A DNA stretch of 64,000 nucleotides from Rhina ancylostomus (lineage: Eukaryota), in assembly GCA_030265395.1 (NCBI GenBank), contig JARFYF010000104.1:27235429-27299428 (forward strand). The letters are read 5' to 3'. Made by a program: the position numbers and the translations under genes. The notes beneath the pieces are model-generated. The model was not told the origin of the DNA, made no database searches, and saw nothing but the letters and a program-made list of their open reading frames with translations. Position 1 is the first letter of the stretch. Each line of letters opens with the position of its first letter. Positions 24,554 to 37,705 of the stretch are shown piece after piece.

Positions 24554-27500
24554 AGATCTCTCTGGGTACCTCACTCCAGTCGCTCTGAGACCCCCGGGAC
24601 GGATAATTGATCCTCAGACCCCGGGCCGGGCACCAGCCTCGACACCCCACCTTTCCCCCCTCTCCCCCATATTTCAGCCGAAGTATATTTAAATGCAAAT
24701 TACGCCTCCATGTAAACGCATTATATACCCACAGAACCAACACACGGTGCGACTCGTTTTACTAAATATTCAGGTGAAACCTAGGTCGATCGGTCACCTC
24801 TCCTTCCTGAACTTTTCTCCGGGCACACCCCCCTTCTCCCTGCAGCGGGGACTGTTTATCACCGTCCTCTCCCACACGAAGGGTCGCCCCTCGCCATGCC
24901 TGCCGCGGCTTTGGGGAACTGCCTTTGGGGAACTAACTTCGGAGGGCTGTCGGTCGGACCACCCGCAGGGAATGGTGTGTCGGACGGCACTCGCTGGCGG
25001 CACCGGCGTAAACAGGGGCGCAACTGGGCGAGAAGAGAATTTTACAAATAGGTTGTTACCTCAAACTTAACATGAAGCGTTATTTCATTGTGACTTGCTT
25101 TATGTCTGGAGGGAGGGGGTGTTTAAAGACAAATGGGGACGGGTTCTGGCTCCGGCGACCCGTTTCCAGCTCCCGGTAAATCCCCAGACGCCGGCAACAG
25201 CCCGTGCCTCAACATGTTCACCCATTCGGAGGCTTCGCAGTTCAAGGGAGTGTGCAGGGTGAAGACTGTTGCTCAAGGTCCGGTCTCTCTAGGATCCGAA
25301 ATACTTTTTGACCTTGATAATTGAATTTGCCATCAGTGTAAAACACGGCATTCCTTGCAAAGTTTACTGAATCGAGTCATTCTCAATGAATTATAATTCC
25401 CCTTCCAATTCTATCTGGCCGCTGGAATGATCTCCGTCAATAACAGGGGCAGTTCGGCGGCCTTAACTTTGGAACAGACGTTTGGAATGAGACGGCATTG
25501 GGGGTGGGGTGGGGGGTGGTGGTTGATATCGAGTGTTCAGTAACGGCGGAGAACGAGCTGATGGCAGTGACTGTGGTGGTGTGACCCACAGTTAATGCTT
25601 TAGTTGCACCCTAGTCTTCGTGGGCTGCGTNNNNNNNNNNNNNNNNNNNNNNNNNNNNNNNNNNNNNNNNNNNNNNNNNNNNNNNNNNNNNNNNNNNNNN
25701 NNNNNNNNNNNNNNNNNNNNNNNNNNNNNNCACCCTAGTCTTCGTGGGCTGCGTTGTCATGTTTTGCATAGGGTTCTTCTCTAGACCTGGTCTCCTTTTC
25801 AGCAAACACTCGAAACCTTGATGGAAGGCTCGCATATTTCAGTGTGGTTTTCAACGTGTATGGGTTTAAAAAAATCAAACCAAAGTGTTTTCTTAAAAGC
25901 AAAAACAAACACAGTTTTGGAAGCTTAACTGCAGCGGCCTTGTGCAGACAACGGCCAGGGGTGTCCACCGGCCGTTCGAGCACCGCAGTTTATCCGGTGG
26001 ACAACGTAATCTCAATCGGCCTTTCATTCTGCCGGTTACTAAACAATAAATCTGTTTCACTGGACTTTCACCCGCGTTTACACACTAATCACAACCCTAT
26101 AAATCATTAGGTGAAAATGATAAATTGTAAAACGAACAAATGTAAAGCTGATTCCGTAGAAAATTAAAAGTTTCAATGATCTTGTGGTCATGAGGCTTGG
26201 AACTGTAAATGGTGACATCAAGGGGGCAGAAACAAACTTGTCCTTCGGAGAAAGACCGAAAGTCGAACAATTTATCCACCGTTGTGTTTCCCTTTTAGAT
26301 ACAACTACTTGCAAATTTGGTAACCAGAATATACTTTTTTTAAATAGTCATGAGATTCACTCGACGCTTATCAGAAAAAATAAAGCTCATATTTCGGGCA
26401 TTGAATTTCATCATGTTTGAATGATTGTAGGATTGCAATGTTACAATGAAACGATTATTTCGTATCTATAAACGAGCTAAATTCGAAGCAGTTTTGATAT
26501 CACTGAAATTTCCGCGTAAAGAGCAGGTTTAAGATAAAATTACTTGTAAATTATTTTAAAATGAAATCCAACCTGTTTCCTGTTTCATATCCTCGTTTGT
26601 CTTTTCCCACTTTTCCACTTTTCGTTGTTTACGTTGCAACAGAAAGTTATTTTGATTTGTATTCCAGGGTACTCTGGATACGTGCAGCGGGTGTGAGGGA
26701 GGTAGAACCGCCACTAATTATTGGCTCAGTTAACGCTTGATCATTGCAACTGAAGTAGCGTCCGTTTGCAATCTGTGGTCAACACATCTTTTCAGAAAAT
26801 TAACCAGCGTGCCAGAATCATCACCACTGTCGGTGAAAATTAAAACCCGCGATGTTATTGAACTGGGCAAAATAAGTGAAGCTCTTATTTTGTTGTTGCC
26901 TGTTTAAAATATTTGTTGCCTCCATTTTAAATTATGATTCTTGTTTTACGAAAGAAAGCACTGTTATTAATTCGTGTTCTCTTTGGTTTTGGTATAAAGC
27001 TTAGTAGACCTTAGCAGAAACAACACACATAAGTAAACTAATTCAAAATGGGTAGCGAATAATTTACAGTATTGCGCATTCCAGGAAGAAAAAACTGGGT
27101 AATAAAAAATTAGAATATATCATTGTCGTTATGACAGCTAAACCTACAGAATGTTAAGATGACTGAAAAAATATAAAGTTGTAGGGTTGTCTCGATCACC
27201 TCTGCAGCAGGTAATGCTGATAATTGTAAAACTGTCCCTTTGAGTGTGAAATGTCCTTTACACTTTCAACCACGGCGGTTGTTTGCTTAATATCAAAAAG
27301 AACCTTACTGTTCTCGGGATGGAACATTACACCTGCTGCTGACCAGGCAGAAACATTCCAAAACAGCATCTACGGTGAACATTGAAGGCATTTCCAACAC
27401 TGAATTTGGATCCACCATGAACATTGATTATTTGATATTGAAAGTTGGGTTCGGTGGCCGAGCGCTTACGTTGCTGACATCCAGCAAGTTTTCAGCATCC

Positions 27501-29439
27501 TTGATATAGGGGGCAATTTAAATGTGTGTGGCCCCGGACCCCACAAATGTAATTGACGCTTAACCCTCCTCAGTTAGGCCGATTAGGGGTCGACAATAAA
27601 TGCGGTCACTTCTAGTCATCTTCATATCCTATAATGAACATTTTAAAAACATTTTGCAGCGCCTAATTCAATTTTTCCATCTCACCGAAGAGGAAATTTG
27701 AAAATAGTCAGTGCTACAGTAGTAACATTAGAAGGGTGGGTTTGTGCAGTGAGAGGTGCTGGTAATGTCTTCAAACCCTGAGGCAGAATCTGGCAGAATG
27801 AATCAGCGATATAATATAAAACAAATTTATTGTACTCGTATTGGAAAGAGCAGGGAGGTTAAAGAGGGAATTGTATGTTTCTTGAAAGCACAGGGCAGAA
27901 TATGATATTTAAGTTGCTGTTCCATTTGTAAGCAAAGTCAAATATTCAGGTTGTAGCAGTTAATCATTTACAGGTAGATATTTGTGACAGGAAAAAATGT
28001 GGCTACAACCTGCAATCACGCATTCCTGCCATGCTAAACTGTCAAGAGTTTGCTACCAGTCTCCGTAATGTATGGTGTTGATTGGGATGAAATATATTAG
28101 CACGTTAGAGAGGGACGTCAGTGCGGCTTCCGTGAAACAAAAATAAGGCAAATTAGTCCGCACAGAAGGATATAGAAGAGTCTCTTCTGGACTTCTATAC
28201 TTTTACAGCTCAGTGTAGGAAAGGTATCGATATATGATATAAAGGGAAAGGCTTTGCACCATCTCTCGCCTATTGGCGGACTCGGGTCTGTAGTCAAAAT
28301 CTATCAACGCTTGGAACTGAGGTCAGATCCGTGCGAGCTGATGTTAAACGTGAAGGATTTACTTCGCTGAATATAAGTTGATTATTTTCTCCCCCGCCGC
28401 ATACAATATTACAGCCTCTTTTAAACAAACTTCTTGTTTTGACCCACCATCATTTGGGCTAATTTAATAACCCCTAACCAGTACCGCTCGCAGTTGGAAG
28501 AATTTTCCAAGAAGCCGATTTCCGGCCAGAGTGGTCTCTTTGCCAGATCTGGTTCCCTCAAAGGGCTGGGTGGTATTCCAATTTCCTTGTCCCATTCCGC
28601 TTCCTCACCTTCCCTCCCACCAACTCTATCCCCACTTGTCGGAGATTTTCATATCTTGTTTTTGTTTATCTCTGCCAGGAGATTGTTTGCGCTTCGGTTG
28701 AGGGGAGGACTGTGTTGTGTTGGCAGTGTATACGGACCCGTACGTCACTGCCGTCCCTCAGAGTGTGATGGGTTGTAAGTGCCACTGGCATCTGTGCTCT
28801 TGGAACTGCATGGAATCATTTCAGCACTTTCCCCCTTTACCTTGCCCGTGGTTCTGTTGAAAAATAAACAAAGATAAAGCAAAACATAGTGAGTTCTGCC
28901 GTATTCGTTTTATCTTCTGGCTGATTTGAGGACAAGGCGACGGGTGCAGAACCGGTCTCAGTGGAGATAATCGTTCACCCTGGGCAGTTAAAGCGTTTCG
29001 GCCTTGTGTCCTAATGCAAACCACTCATTGTCTTTGGTTCAGTGNNNNNNNNNNTTTATAGTAATATTTCCCAATCAAGGATTCAATCCATAATTATCTT
29101 TCCAAAACAAAACAACTGGAGTATTTTCTTTCTGAAAGGAGCTCTAAAGTCAAAATTTCGTCATAAATAGGGTCGTAGCAATGATTCCATCTGTAGACCC
29201 GCTTGTCTGAACGCACAATGCCCCCCACGTTTGTTGTTGCTGCATATTTCATACCTTACAATGACATTTAGGGAAAATCTCTTCATAAGTCCATAAAAAT
29301 AAAGACTTGAACCTAAGTATTTTTTTAGCTTAAGAATATTTCAATAAACTATTCCTGACATTGCTGTGATCTCGGAAACTGGGATCTGTGATGTAGAGTC
29401 CCCTCCCCGCAAAAAAGTAATAATAATCAAATAATTTTC

Positions 29440-29660
29440 ACGTATTGGTAGGAAAACAACCTTCATATTTTTCTTCCAAATAGCAACAAGGAATCTGTTG
29501 CGATGACAAATAGGACTTCAGTTTTGTTTCAAGTGATGGTAGCCGACCACAGTGCAGGACCACCTCAGCCATACACTGAGGATTCCTGCTTATGTCTCGA
29601 ACTCGGGACTGAGCTTTTAACCTTCTGATGCAGGGATGAGACTGGTACAACTGAATCACG
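29440..29660 (-). mobile_element. Deu-domain SINE, degenerate
   Basis: CACAGTGCAGGACCACCTCAGCCATACACTG...AACCTTCTGATGCAG...AACTGAATCAC, a reversed SacSINE1-like head and Deu core. Confidence 0.5.
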
Positions 29661-30569
29661 AGTCCTTGCTGTGAAGGTGAGCGACCAGCTGTTTGTTTTT
29701 TTTTCCCCAATTGTCTCTCCCGAAGACAATGTCTCAGGCTGGGGTTATAGTTCTGATATATGGACTGTAGTTTACTGTTTCTTCTAAGTGACCAATCTTC
29801 ATTGATGAAGTGTAGGTTCTGGAGCATGGGTGTTGACGGGGTGTTCATTTGTTGTGTGGGAGTGACGGGACATCAAAGCTGATGTAGTAGGTCGCCCACA
29901 CATCTCCTTTCCACCAAAGGTCTTCAGTTCAAGAGGATGAATGTAAAACATCTGGCTTCTCTCTGGCCCAGTGTGCCAAGTTCAATGTAGTATTCTAGAC
30001 TTTTGCTCTGCTGGAACTGACTGACTTAGTCCAGTGAGCTAATTATGTATATAAAAAAAACCTGGCTTTTGGACAGCTGTTTATTCAATCACAATGCTGG
30101 CTTAGAGTTACAGTAAATAGTGAATAAGCCTCGAAATAGTTCAGTCTGTACAGAGTTTGATATTATCAGCCAAAGCAAAACCGTGTTTGACCTTAGTACC
30201 ATAGGCTGGCAGGAGAAAAGCTTCGGGATGTCTAAAAGCTAGGTTTGTCTGCTTTTATATACAGGAAGACACTGTGGATAGGAATACCCCAAGGGATTTA
30301 TCATGAGAACAGAATTGATACATCATCCAGTCAAATAGCTGGCTTGGAATCATTGTCTGGACTGAAGTGAGACATAGCTGGAACTTCCCATCCCTGCTTT
30401 GCTTGGTACAGTATGAAATGGGCCATTAGTTCAGCTCACAACTGTGTTTACACCTGGTGTTTCCCTGTGAGGTTCAAGGCAGAAGTTTATTATCCCTTAA
30501 TTGCCAGTATTTCATTTTAATGGTGTCAACAAAGTAAAATGACATTTGAGTTTCCACTTATCTAATTAT

Positions 30570-30915
30570 TGTCATCTTTGTTGCCAAGGCCAGCAGTTAT
30601 TGTCCATTTCCAATCCCTCCCTGAACTGTCATTTCAGAGGACAGTTTTAGAACCATCTCATTGGTGGGTCTGGAGTTATATATTGGCTAGATCGGCTAAG
30701 TAGGGAGGTTTCTATTACTGAAGTTCACAGGTGAACCAAGTAAGATTTTACAACAGTCAGGTAGTTTCATGGTCTTCATTGCTGAGATGAGGTAGTTATT
30801 GCAGGGTTTAGTTCTTTAAATGCTGTTGTTGCTGTGTTGGGATTTGAATGGTCTAGCTGTCTGGATGGTTAGTCCAGTAACTGATCAATTATGCTCCCAT
30901 ATTCTGGTGGCACCA
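30570..30915 (-). mobile_element. SINE, same family as 12705-13165
   Basis: CAAGGCCAGCAGTTATTGTCCATT...GGTGGGTCTGGAGTTA...GGTGAACC...GGGATTTGAA. Confidence 0.5.
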
Positions 30916-32789
30916 TCCATTAACAAACATAACAAAAGTANNNNNNNNGGATGTTGTGTTATTGCTGCTTGTGACTCTGTTGCTCAGTGCACACTGGCTA
31001 ATTGGTTTCCTCCACAAAAACAAAACCATGTTTCAAAAGTACTTACTTCTGCTATCCATCTATTTAGAAATCCTTATGGTTGTCATATGGCTCACGGATG
31101 CTGGGTCCCACACTCCCTTTCCACCTACTGGCACCCTAGTTGCTGTGTTCCCTTTAAACTTTAAACTTACCAGGTTCACCAAAAAAAAATATTATTCCAT
31201 AGTGTAGCACCCCAAAAAAGGCTGAATTAAAATGGTGTAGGTGCCATTATAAGAAGCACATCCAAATATCTGGGAAATCCTCTGGTCTGGCACTAGCAAG
31301 GCCCCGAACATGCTAGATTATGAGAGTTTGACTGAAATTGTCTGTAAAAACCTTTGGGATGTTGTGAAATTGTGGAAGGTGCTATGTTAATGGAAGGTCT
31401 GTCTTCAGACATTTGGAAAGGCTATTCTGAGCTTCCAGAGCCCATTTTTACTTGGAAGAAAATCATTTGATTACAGAAGGTTGATTGAGATCAATGATTA
31501 TCATGTAAAATGTTATATGCTGCCAGATTTATGTTCTGAATATTACTATCCTAGTGCGATGTGCCCCTGAGCTGTCCCTGCATAGAAGAATACATTTAAG
31601 TAGGACTAATAGTACTTTTGCAGTTATGTAGATCATTGGTTGTAACTCAGTGAGAGTGGACACTAACTTCACTCCTCAGGTTATGTTTTTAGTTAAATTT
31701 TTGGTAGTCCCTTTCTTTTAATGAAATATTTAAGATTTGGAACAACTGATTTGGCCTTTCAGATAGAAAATAAAGAATCCAATGAAGTGAAATTTATTGA
31801 ACCTATAACTTGCTGAAACCTTAGAGAACTATTATATCAATCTGATGCTGAAAATACGAATAGTGTGGGTGTATGTGTACAGAGGAAATACCATTCATTA
31901 TATACCTTATTATTTAAAATATCAGGCAAGTCATTTGATGCTGCAATACGCAGTTTCCAAGTCCTGGAATCTGAGTTATAACAATGATAAATCTTGAGAT
32001 CACTACCCTGTAAAACCTGCAATTTCTGACATCAGCACACATGCAGTTAGATGTGAAGATGCTGTCAGTAATAAAGTTCCACTTGGTGAACTGTTTCAAT
32101 TGTTTTTCAGATGAATTCAACAAAGAATTGGTGATTTGACAGGAACTGACAATTATTGTTTTCATTGTCTCTGCATAAACCATTGAAAATATTAAACCTT
32201 GTTTAATCAGGAGTTACTGAGTTGTTAATAATATTCTAATACATAATTACTTTTGAAGAACCACTCTGATCCTGAAAATAAGAATTTTATATGTATGGAA
32301 AGCTATCACTTCAGAATAACATTTACAAATTCTATGATTTTAAAATAATAAAATCTTTCTTATTGTTTGAACATTTATGTATTTCAATTTGCATGTTAAT
32401 CCTATATGCAAGTCCCAATCTTCACCCTCTCTAAAATTTTAAAAATATTAATTAACCCAATTTTGCATTCTTAATGATAATGAAATTGTTAGCTTTCAGT
32501 GACATTACATGCCAAAATCGGTAACAACTTCCAGAGAATTCAAGTCCAGTTAAATATAAAATCTTCTTTGTGATTCCCTGGTTTTCCTCAGTGTGAGCTG
32601 TTTTGTAAATGTTATGCTGTGAAATCTTAAAAAAAAACAGGGATCTGTAAGCTTTTCTTGTCGTAAAAACACTGAAAATGTCATGCTTTGCTGTATAAGA
32701 TTTAAGTGTGCTTTTAATGACATAGCAATTCATAATTAAATACCATTCTGGCCCTTAAAAACTAATTTTACAGATGCACTATCCTTCCC

Positions 32790-33390
32790 TCTGATGTATA
32801 CAGTGGATGTTAACCATAGCTTGAGTATTGGTTAGAGTTCTGGTCACAAATTACAAGGAAGATATACTTGTGCTAGAAATGGTGCAGAGTTATTTGATGA
32901 CTATATTCAGAGGACTGAAAAAAAATTAGCCAGGGGGAAAGATTGGAGAGGCTGGGGTTGCTCTCTTTGGAATACAGAAGGGCTGAAAGTGAGATATATA
33001 AAATTATCAGGGGCCTGGTTAGATTAAATAAGAAGGATTTCTTTCCCTTTGCTGCATGGTCAATATCTAGGAGGCACAGAGTCATAGAATCCTGGAGAGA
33101 TACAATATGGAAACAGGTCTTTTGATCCACTGAGTCTGCACTGACCATCAATTTACACTAATCCTACATTGATTGGTTGGAGGATTATAGGAGGGATCTG
33201 GGAAAAAATCCCTCTAGTGTTTGGAATCAACTGCTTGAAAGGGTGGTAGAGGAAGAACATTTCATAAAAAGCCTATGTGTTGAAGATCTGTGAATTTGCA
33301 GGCAAGCCGTTCAAAAGCAGGAAGGTGAAGTTAGGCTGATCATTTCTTGAATCAGCAAGGACATACTAAGCTGAATGGCCTCCTTTTGAC
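32790..33390 (+). mobile_element. CR1 LINE 3' end with a short reversed tail fragment inserted (~33080-33170)
   Basis: ORF 32943..33125 ERLGLLSLEYRRAESEIYKIIRGL; tail GCTGAATGGCCTCCTT. Confidence 0.75.
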
Positions 33391-36300
33391 TCATGGATTT
33401 TATTTTGTCCTGTTTATTTTAAAACTATACTTTTAACATAATTTTAAATTATTATTTTTAAATTTGTATTACATTTTCTATTTAATCTTCATTTCAGAAT
33501 TTTTTTAAGTAATTAAAACTTGAGTTTTTCACTTCCTGGTTTGTAGTGTAAGAATTCTTCAATGTGATTGGTTGCACAATCTGTTGGTAGCATCAGCTTG
33601 CTTGATAGCATCAGTTTGCTCAATACCTGAGATCCTTTGGAACTGACAACAACCAGGCTAAAAGGGAAAGCTTTGGCAAAAAAAAATTACTGAAATTTCA
33701 TTCGCATCTTTCCTCAAGGTCAGCAGCAGTTAACTACTGACCACAAAATCCAGGCCAGAATGCGAAAGCATGATCTTTATAAAAGTTTTATGTAAAAAAA
33801 ATGTGTGGTTTGTAACCTTCTGAGGGTAATCAGCCCTCATATTGTTAAAAGAGCCTACAATGTCAACTCCATTTCAAGTAGAGAGCTGAACAGAAATTGT
33901 TGATCTCAGTCTAAGCTGTCTGTTAATTATTATCTTATTATGTATAAAACTTTGGGATTATAGTCTCAGTCCTAAATATCTGGTAAAATTATTTGTTTTT
34001 ATCTAGCATTCATCTTGGGATTTTAAATAATTTGTTTAATGATTTATTGGGTTATGTGGTGATGTTGGATTTTATATTGGAGTGAACATTGGACATTTGC
34101 AACAGCAACTAGGTGAAACAGCTCATGTTTTGTTCGATCAATCAGATTGTAACTGTTATATGTTATGAGACCAAAATGGCAAGCTTTTTGTTTGCAAGAA
34201 TACTGTTCATCCTTATGATATGCTATTTCCAGGTATGTTTATGGCTCTCAGATGGCCTGTAGTAATTATATTCTGAAAGATGAATGATGTCAACACACAG
34301 AGTCTGGTATATAATGTAGCTTAAGTGAGCAGGTCGTCCTGTCACTGAACTTGATCAACAACATATTCCGGTTAGTTACTTCACATGTTAAAGAAACTGG
34401 ACAAGATGATCCCAGCTGAATCATACAGTCTTCAGTGCATATCACTGCATGCCTTCTGCTTGATGTTCAATCCCTGCACCCCTCACTCACAAACACCGTA
34501 CAGAGTCGCTCTTAATCTAATAGGCAGCTCCCATAATGGCACAAGAAGTGGGCGCACATGGNNNNNNNNNNNNNNNNNNNNNNNNNNNNNNNNNNNNNNN
34601 NNNNNNNNNNNNNNNNNNNNNNNNNNNNNNNNNNNNNNNNNNNNNNNNNNNNNNNNNNNNNNNNNNNNNNNNNNNNNNNNNNNNNNNNNNNNNNNNNNNN
34701 NNNNNNNNNNNNNNNNNNNNNNNNNNNNNNNNNNNNNNCATTTATTTTCAACTGGGGAAAATGAGAATTGCTGCTTTGGTGCGACATTCTGAGGATTTAG
34801 TTCATGTTTATTTGTTGGGAAAGTCCTGTCCAAAAGCTGCATGCTTGTCAAGTGGTGTAGTAGTCTCATACATAACGTATATTTTCAAGCATATCTTCCA
34901 AAGTCAAAAGCTGTTCTTACAAATATCCTCCCTTGTATCTGTACAACACGCAGGCTGTTTTACACACCCTCGGTGGAAATATCTCTTTCTAATCTTTATC
35001 CTATCTGAGTTATCCACATCTTGACATTTCACAAGCACTTGACACAGAGACAGCATCAATAGGCCACTTTGTTCATGTCAGACCTCAGAGCCATGAAGTG
35101 CATTCTTTTTATCCTGAGAAATATAATGTTTATTATATAAATAAAATTACTTCATGACAATGTATCAACATCCAGGAGCATTTTCTGTATTCATACTGAA
35201 GTGGTGTTAATTATTAAATAGTGTGTATGAGAAACACTTGAGGAAATTGCCAAAATGGAAGATTAAGTACATCAAGTATTGTGATTCTGCAATGTAACAG
35301 CACATAGAATGTCAGCATGACAAACAATGGATGATTATAATTTTTACTGAGGCGTGGTGTTTCATCTTTTTATGTTACACATGACCTTGTGTGAAAAAGT
35401 ATATGGCATCATTGATGTTAAATGTGTGTAGATGATGTCATCATTTATTAACAATCATATAGAACAAAAATCTTGAGACTGACCACCAGCCAATGATAGA
35501 GCTCGATGGGAAAACAGAAAGACACTATTACAGGCAGCTATAAAAGGAAGCCTTTCAGAGAAGATTCTATAATTTAACATTTGCTGGTGTCATGAGCAAG
35601 AGACAAATTTGTTTACAAAAATCAGCTTTCCTCCTCTTTTGTATGATGACTGCATGTAGCATACTCCTTCAGTTGAAGTGGTTACCATAAATAGCTAAAA
35701 AAAACCTTCAAATAATAAGGCAAAACATGCTGGATGCAGTGTGGTATTCATGGATGATTTGGTAAAGAAAATTATTACCCGTTGAAAAACCTTGACAGAA
35801 CAGCAAATTCCATCACTATCCAGAGCCCAGAATTAATTATTAGAAGTGTACATATTGTGCTATCCACAATTTATTATTGAATGTTTTATTTGGGTCTCTT
35901 TCAAAGTGTCATCAAGGTATTATACCGTGTGGACACAGAGGACCTCCTGCCAGCTGAAACACATTTTTATACTTCCCCCAATGAGCCAGTAACTGAACTG
36001 AGCTCTGATCCTTGTGGTAAAAGTATTGCATGGTGTGATTGTGTTTTAGTTATAATGCTGTTAAAGTTTTACAGTCAGTGGTCGTGCTGAAGAGATGCCT
36101 GTCTTTGCATACACACATTGATGCTTGTTGTCAACAATGGAGGGATGCACATTTGCAGGGAATCTAATAACTGGCATGTGGCTCAATGTTTCTCTAAGTA
36201 TTTCAGATGGTGTGTGATGGTAAAAAGAGCCCTGAACACATTTATTCAAGTTATTTGCATATTTGATATGCAACTATCACAAGATAAATCAGCTTTCTGT

Positions 36301-36931
36301 TTTCTCGTGTTAACTTGAGTTATTAATTAAAGGGAATATGCATAGTTACACTGGTTTCCTGAGGGAAAATAATAGCACTTTTGCAGATATGAAATAAATC
36401 TTTTAGTTCTCCTGAGCACCAATATAAAAACAGTCAAACTAAATATAATTGAAAGTAAACTGAAGAAAACATACAGAGATGTTGCATTTGAGAATACTAT
36501 TATGATACTTCAACTTAAATGAACAGGAATATGGGAGTACTAGGCCATGTCGTTCAGTTGAATCTTAGCTGACCTGTACCTCTAGTCGACTGTTTTGTCT
36601 TTTCTTCATGTTCTTTGGTGGCAATAGAAAAATCTAGTCTAGTAAAATAATATAATATCCTCAGACTTTTGGGGGAAGAAAGTTCAGATCCTGCATGATT
36701 ATTGAGCTCTTAAAAATCAAGACACTGTTGAAATATATGCTGGTGTTGGATTGAAAATTCTGCAAGTAAAACTTAAATGTGAAATTAATAGCTGTGCCAG
36801 AGGGATGCGTCTTCCTAAAGATGAATATGAGCTTTTTGTTTCTGGCCGTCTTAAGTTATCTGCAGCTGGCTTTGTCTGCAGCCCTGGATTAATGCAAACT
36901 TGGCTGATTGTTTTGTTATTTGCTTTTACAG

Positions 36932-36996
36932 TTAATTTACTGGACTCCAGAGCTGTAATGGGAGAGCTGGGGTGGATAGCCTACCCAAAGAATGGG
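36932..36996 (+). CDS. EPHA5: EphA5-like receptor coding exon 2 (start of ephrin-binding domain, (V)NLLDSRAVMGELGWIAYPKNG)
   Basis: Acceptor TTTGCTTTTACAG, 65-nt exon, donor GGG|GTAAGT; peptide closest to recalled EPHA5 [22 protein letters not shown] rather than EPHA3/4/6/7/8. Confidence 0.93.
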
Positions 36997-37319
36997 GTAA
37001 GTCTTTCATCACATTCTTTGCTACAAGCTGCATTAGCAGCCCATGCATTAAGGGTACATTTCAAGGTCTGAAATTCCCTCGAGTAATTCTTTGCCAAGTA
37101 AGATTAAAAAAAAGAGGATTTGCACTGTGAAATAATTGTAGGCCTGTGTGTATATACAAAAGACCAATCTCTATTACACAAAGATTTAGCTTTAACCCTT
37201 CCAGTGCCTCCCCTAGATGGTAGTAAAATAACAGAAGACACAGATGCAGCCTCCTTGTGCTAAATGGGATAGTTGCCTGTGTAGTGAAGTAAATGGTACT
37301 GATGTCTTCAAACCACGCT

Positions 37320-37705
37320 TGTGTTCAGTGACCTACATTGGCTCACAGTCCACCATTGCCTTAGTTTTATAATTCACATCCTTATGTTCCACTCCCCCAT
37401 CACCATCCCCTGCCTGTCCCTGTAACCTCTACCAGCTGTACAGCCCTCCAGTATTCATATGACTTTGCCTGCTTGTATATCCACTTCATTCACCATAGTA
37501 CTGGTAGTCTTGCCTTCAGCTCTCTAAGCACCATGATCTGGAATTACCTTGAAAACTCTCTGGTTCCTTACTTCTTTCTCCTCCTTAAAATAGCACTTCT
37601 GAACAAGCATTTGGTCACTGTCTTTGGCTTGGTAACAATGTCCATCTGATTTCAATCTTGGGAAGTGGATTTTACTCCATACAAGGTGCTAAATAAATGC
37701 ATTCT
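37320..37705 (+). mobile_element. L2 LINE 3' end
   Basis: CTACATTGGCTC (LHWL), GCCTTCAGC...CTGGAATT (AFS..LWN) and tail AAGGTGCTAAATAAATGCA. Confidence 0.7.

Larger units (their letters stand above)
23340..25300. promoter_or_regulatory. CpG island / promoter of the EphA5-like gene
   Basis: Sharp rise in GC and CpG around exon 1; TTATATAA 23461, CCAAT 23522, TGATTGACAG 23688, C-tracts 23725-23763. Confidence 0.8.

Noticed and set aside
23261-25070. Overlapping ORFs of 100-243 aa in the CpG island
   Set aside because: Expected from stop-poor GC-rich and (TG)n sequence; only 24203-24329 has Kozak, donor and phase support
25607-25754. 24-bp direct repeat CACCCTAGTCTTCGTGGGCTGCGT flanking a 100-N gap (TSD-like)
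   Set aside because: Identical sequence on both edges of a placeholder gap is most likely unmerged contig overlap
28721-28752. miR-34/449-like microRNA (begins TGGCAGTGTAT)
   Set aside because: Hairpin is only ~31 nt and the 3' half does not match miR-34/449; too short for a pre-miRNA
31255-31335. Tigger/pogo-like terminal inverted repeat remnant (...GATTATGAGAGTTTGACTG)
   Set aside because: No partner TIR or TA duplication found
36751-37071. 106-aa ORF as a standalone gene
   Set aside because: Only the internal 65 nt bounded by AG/GT are EphA-like; the rest is intron read-through
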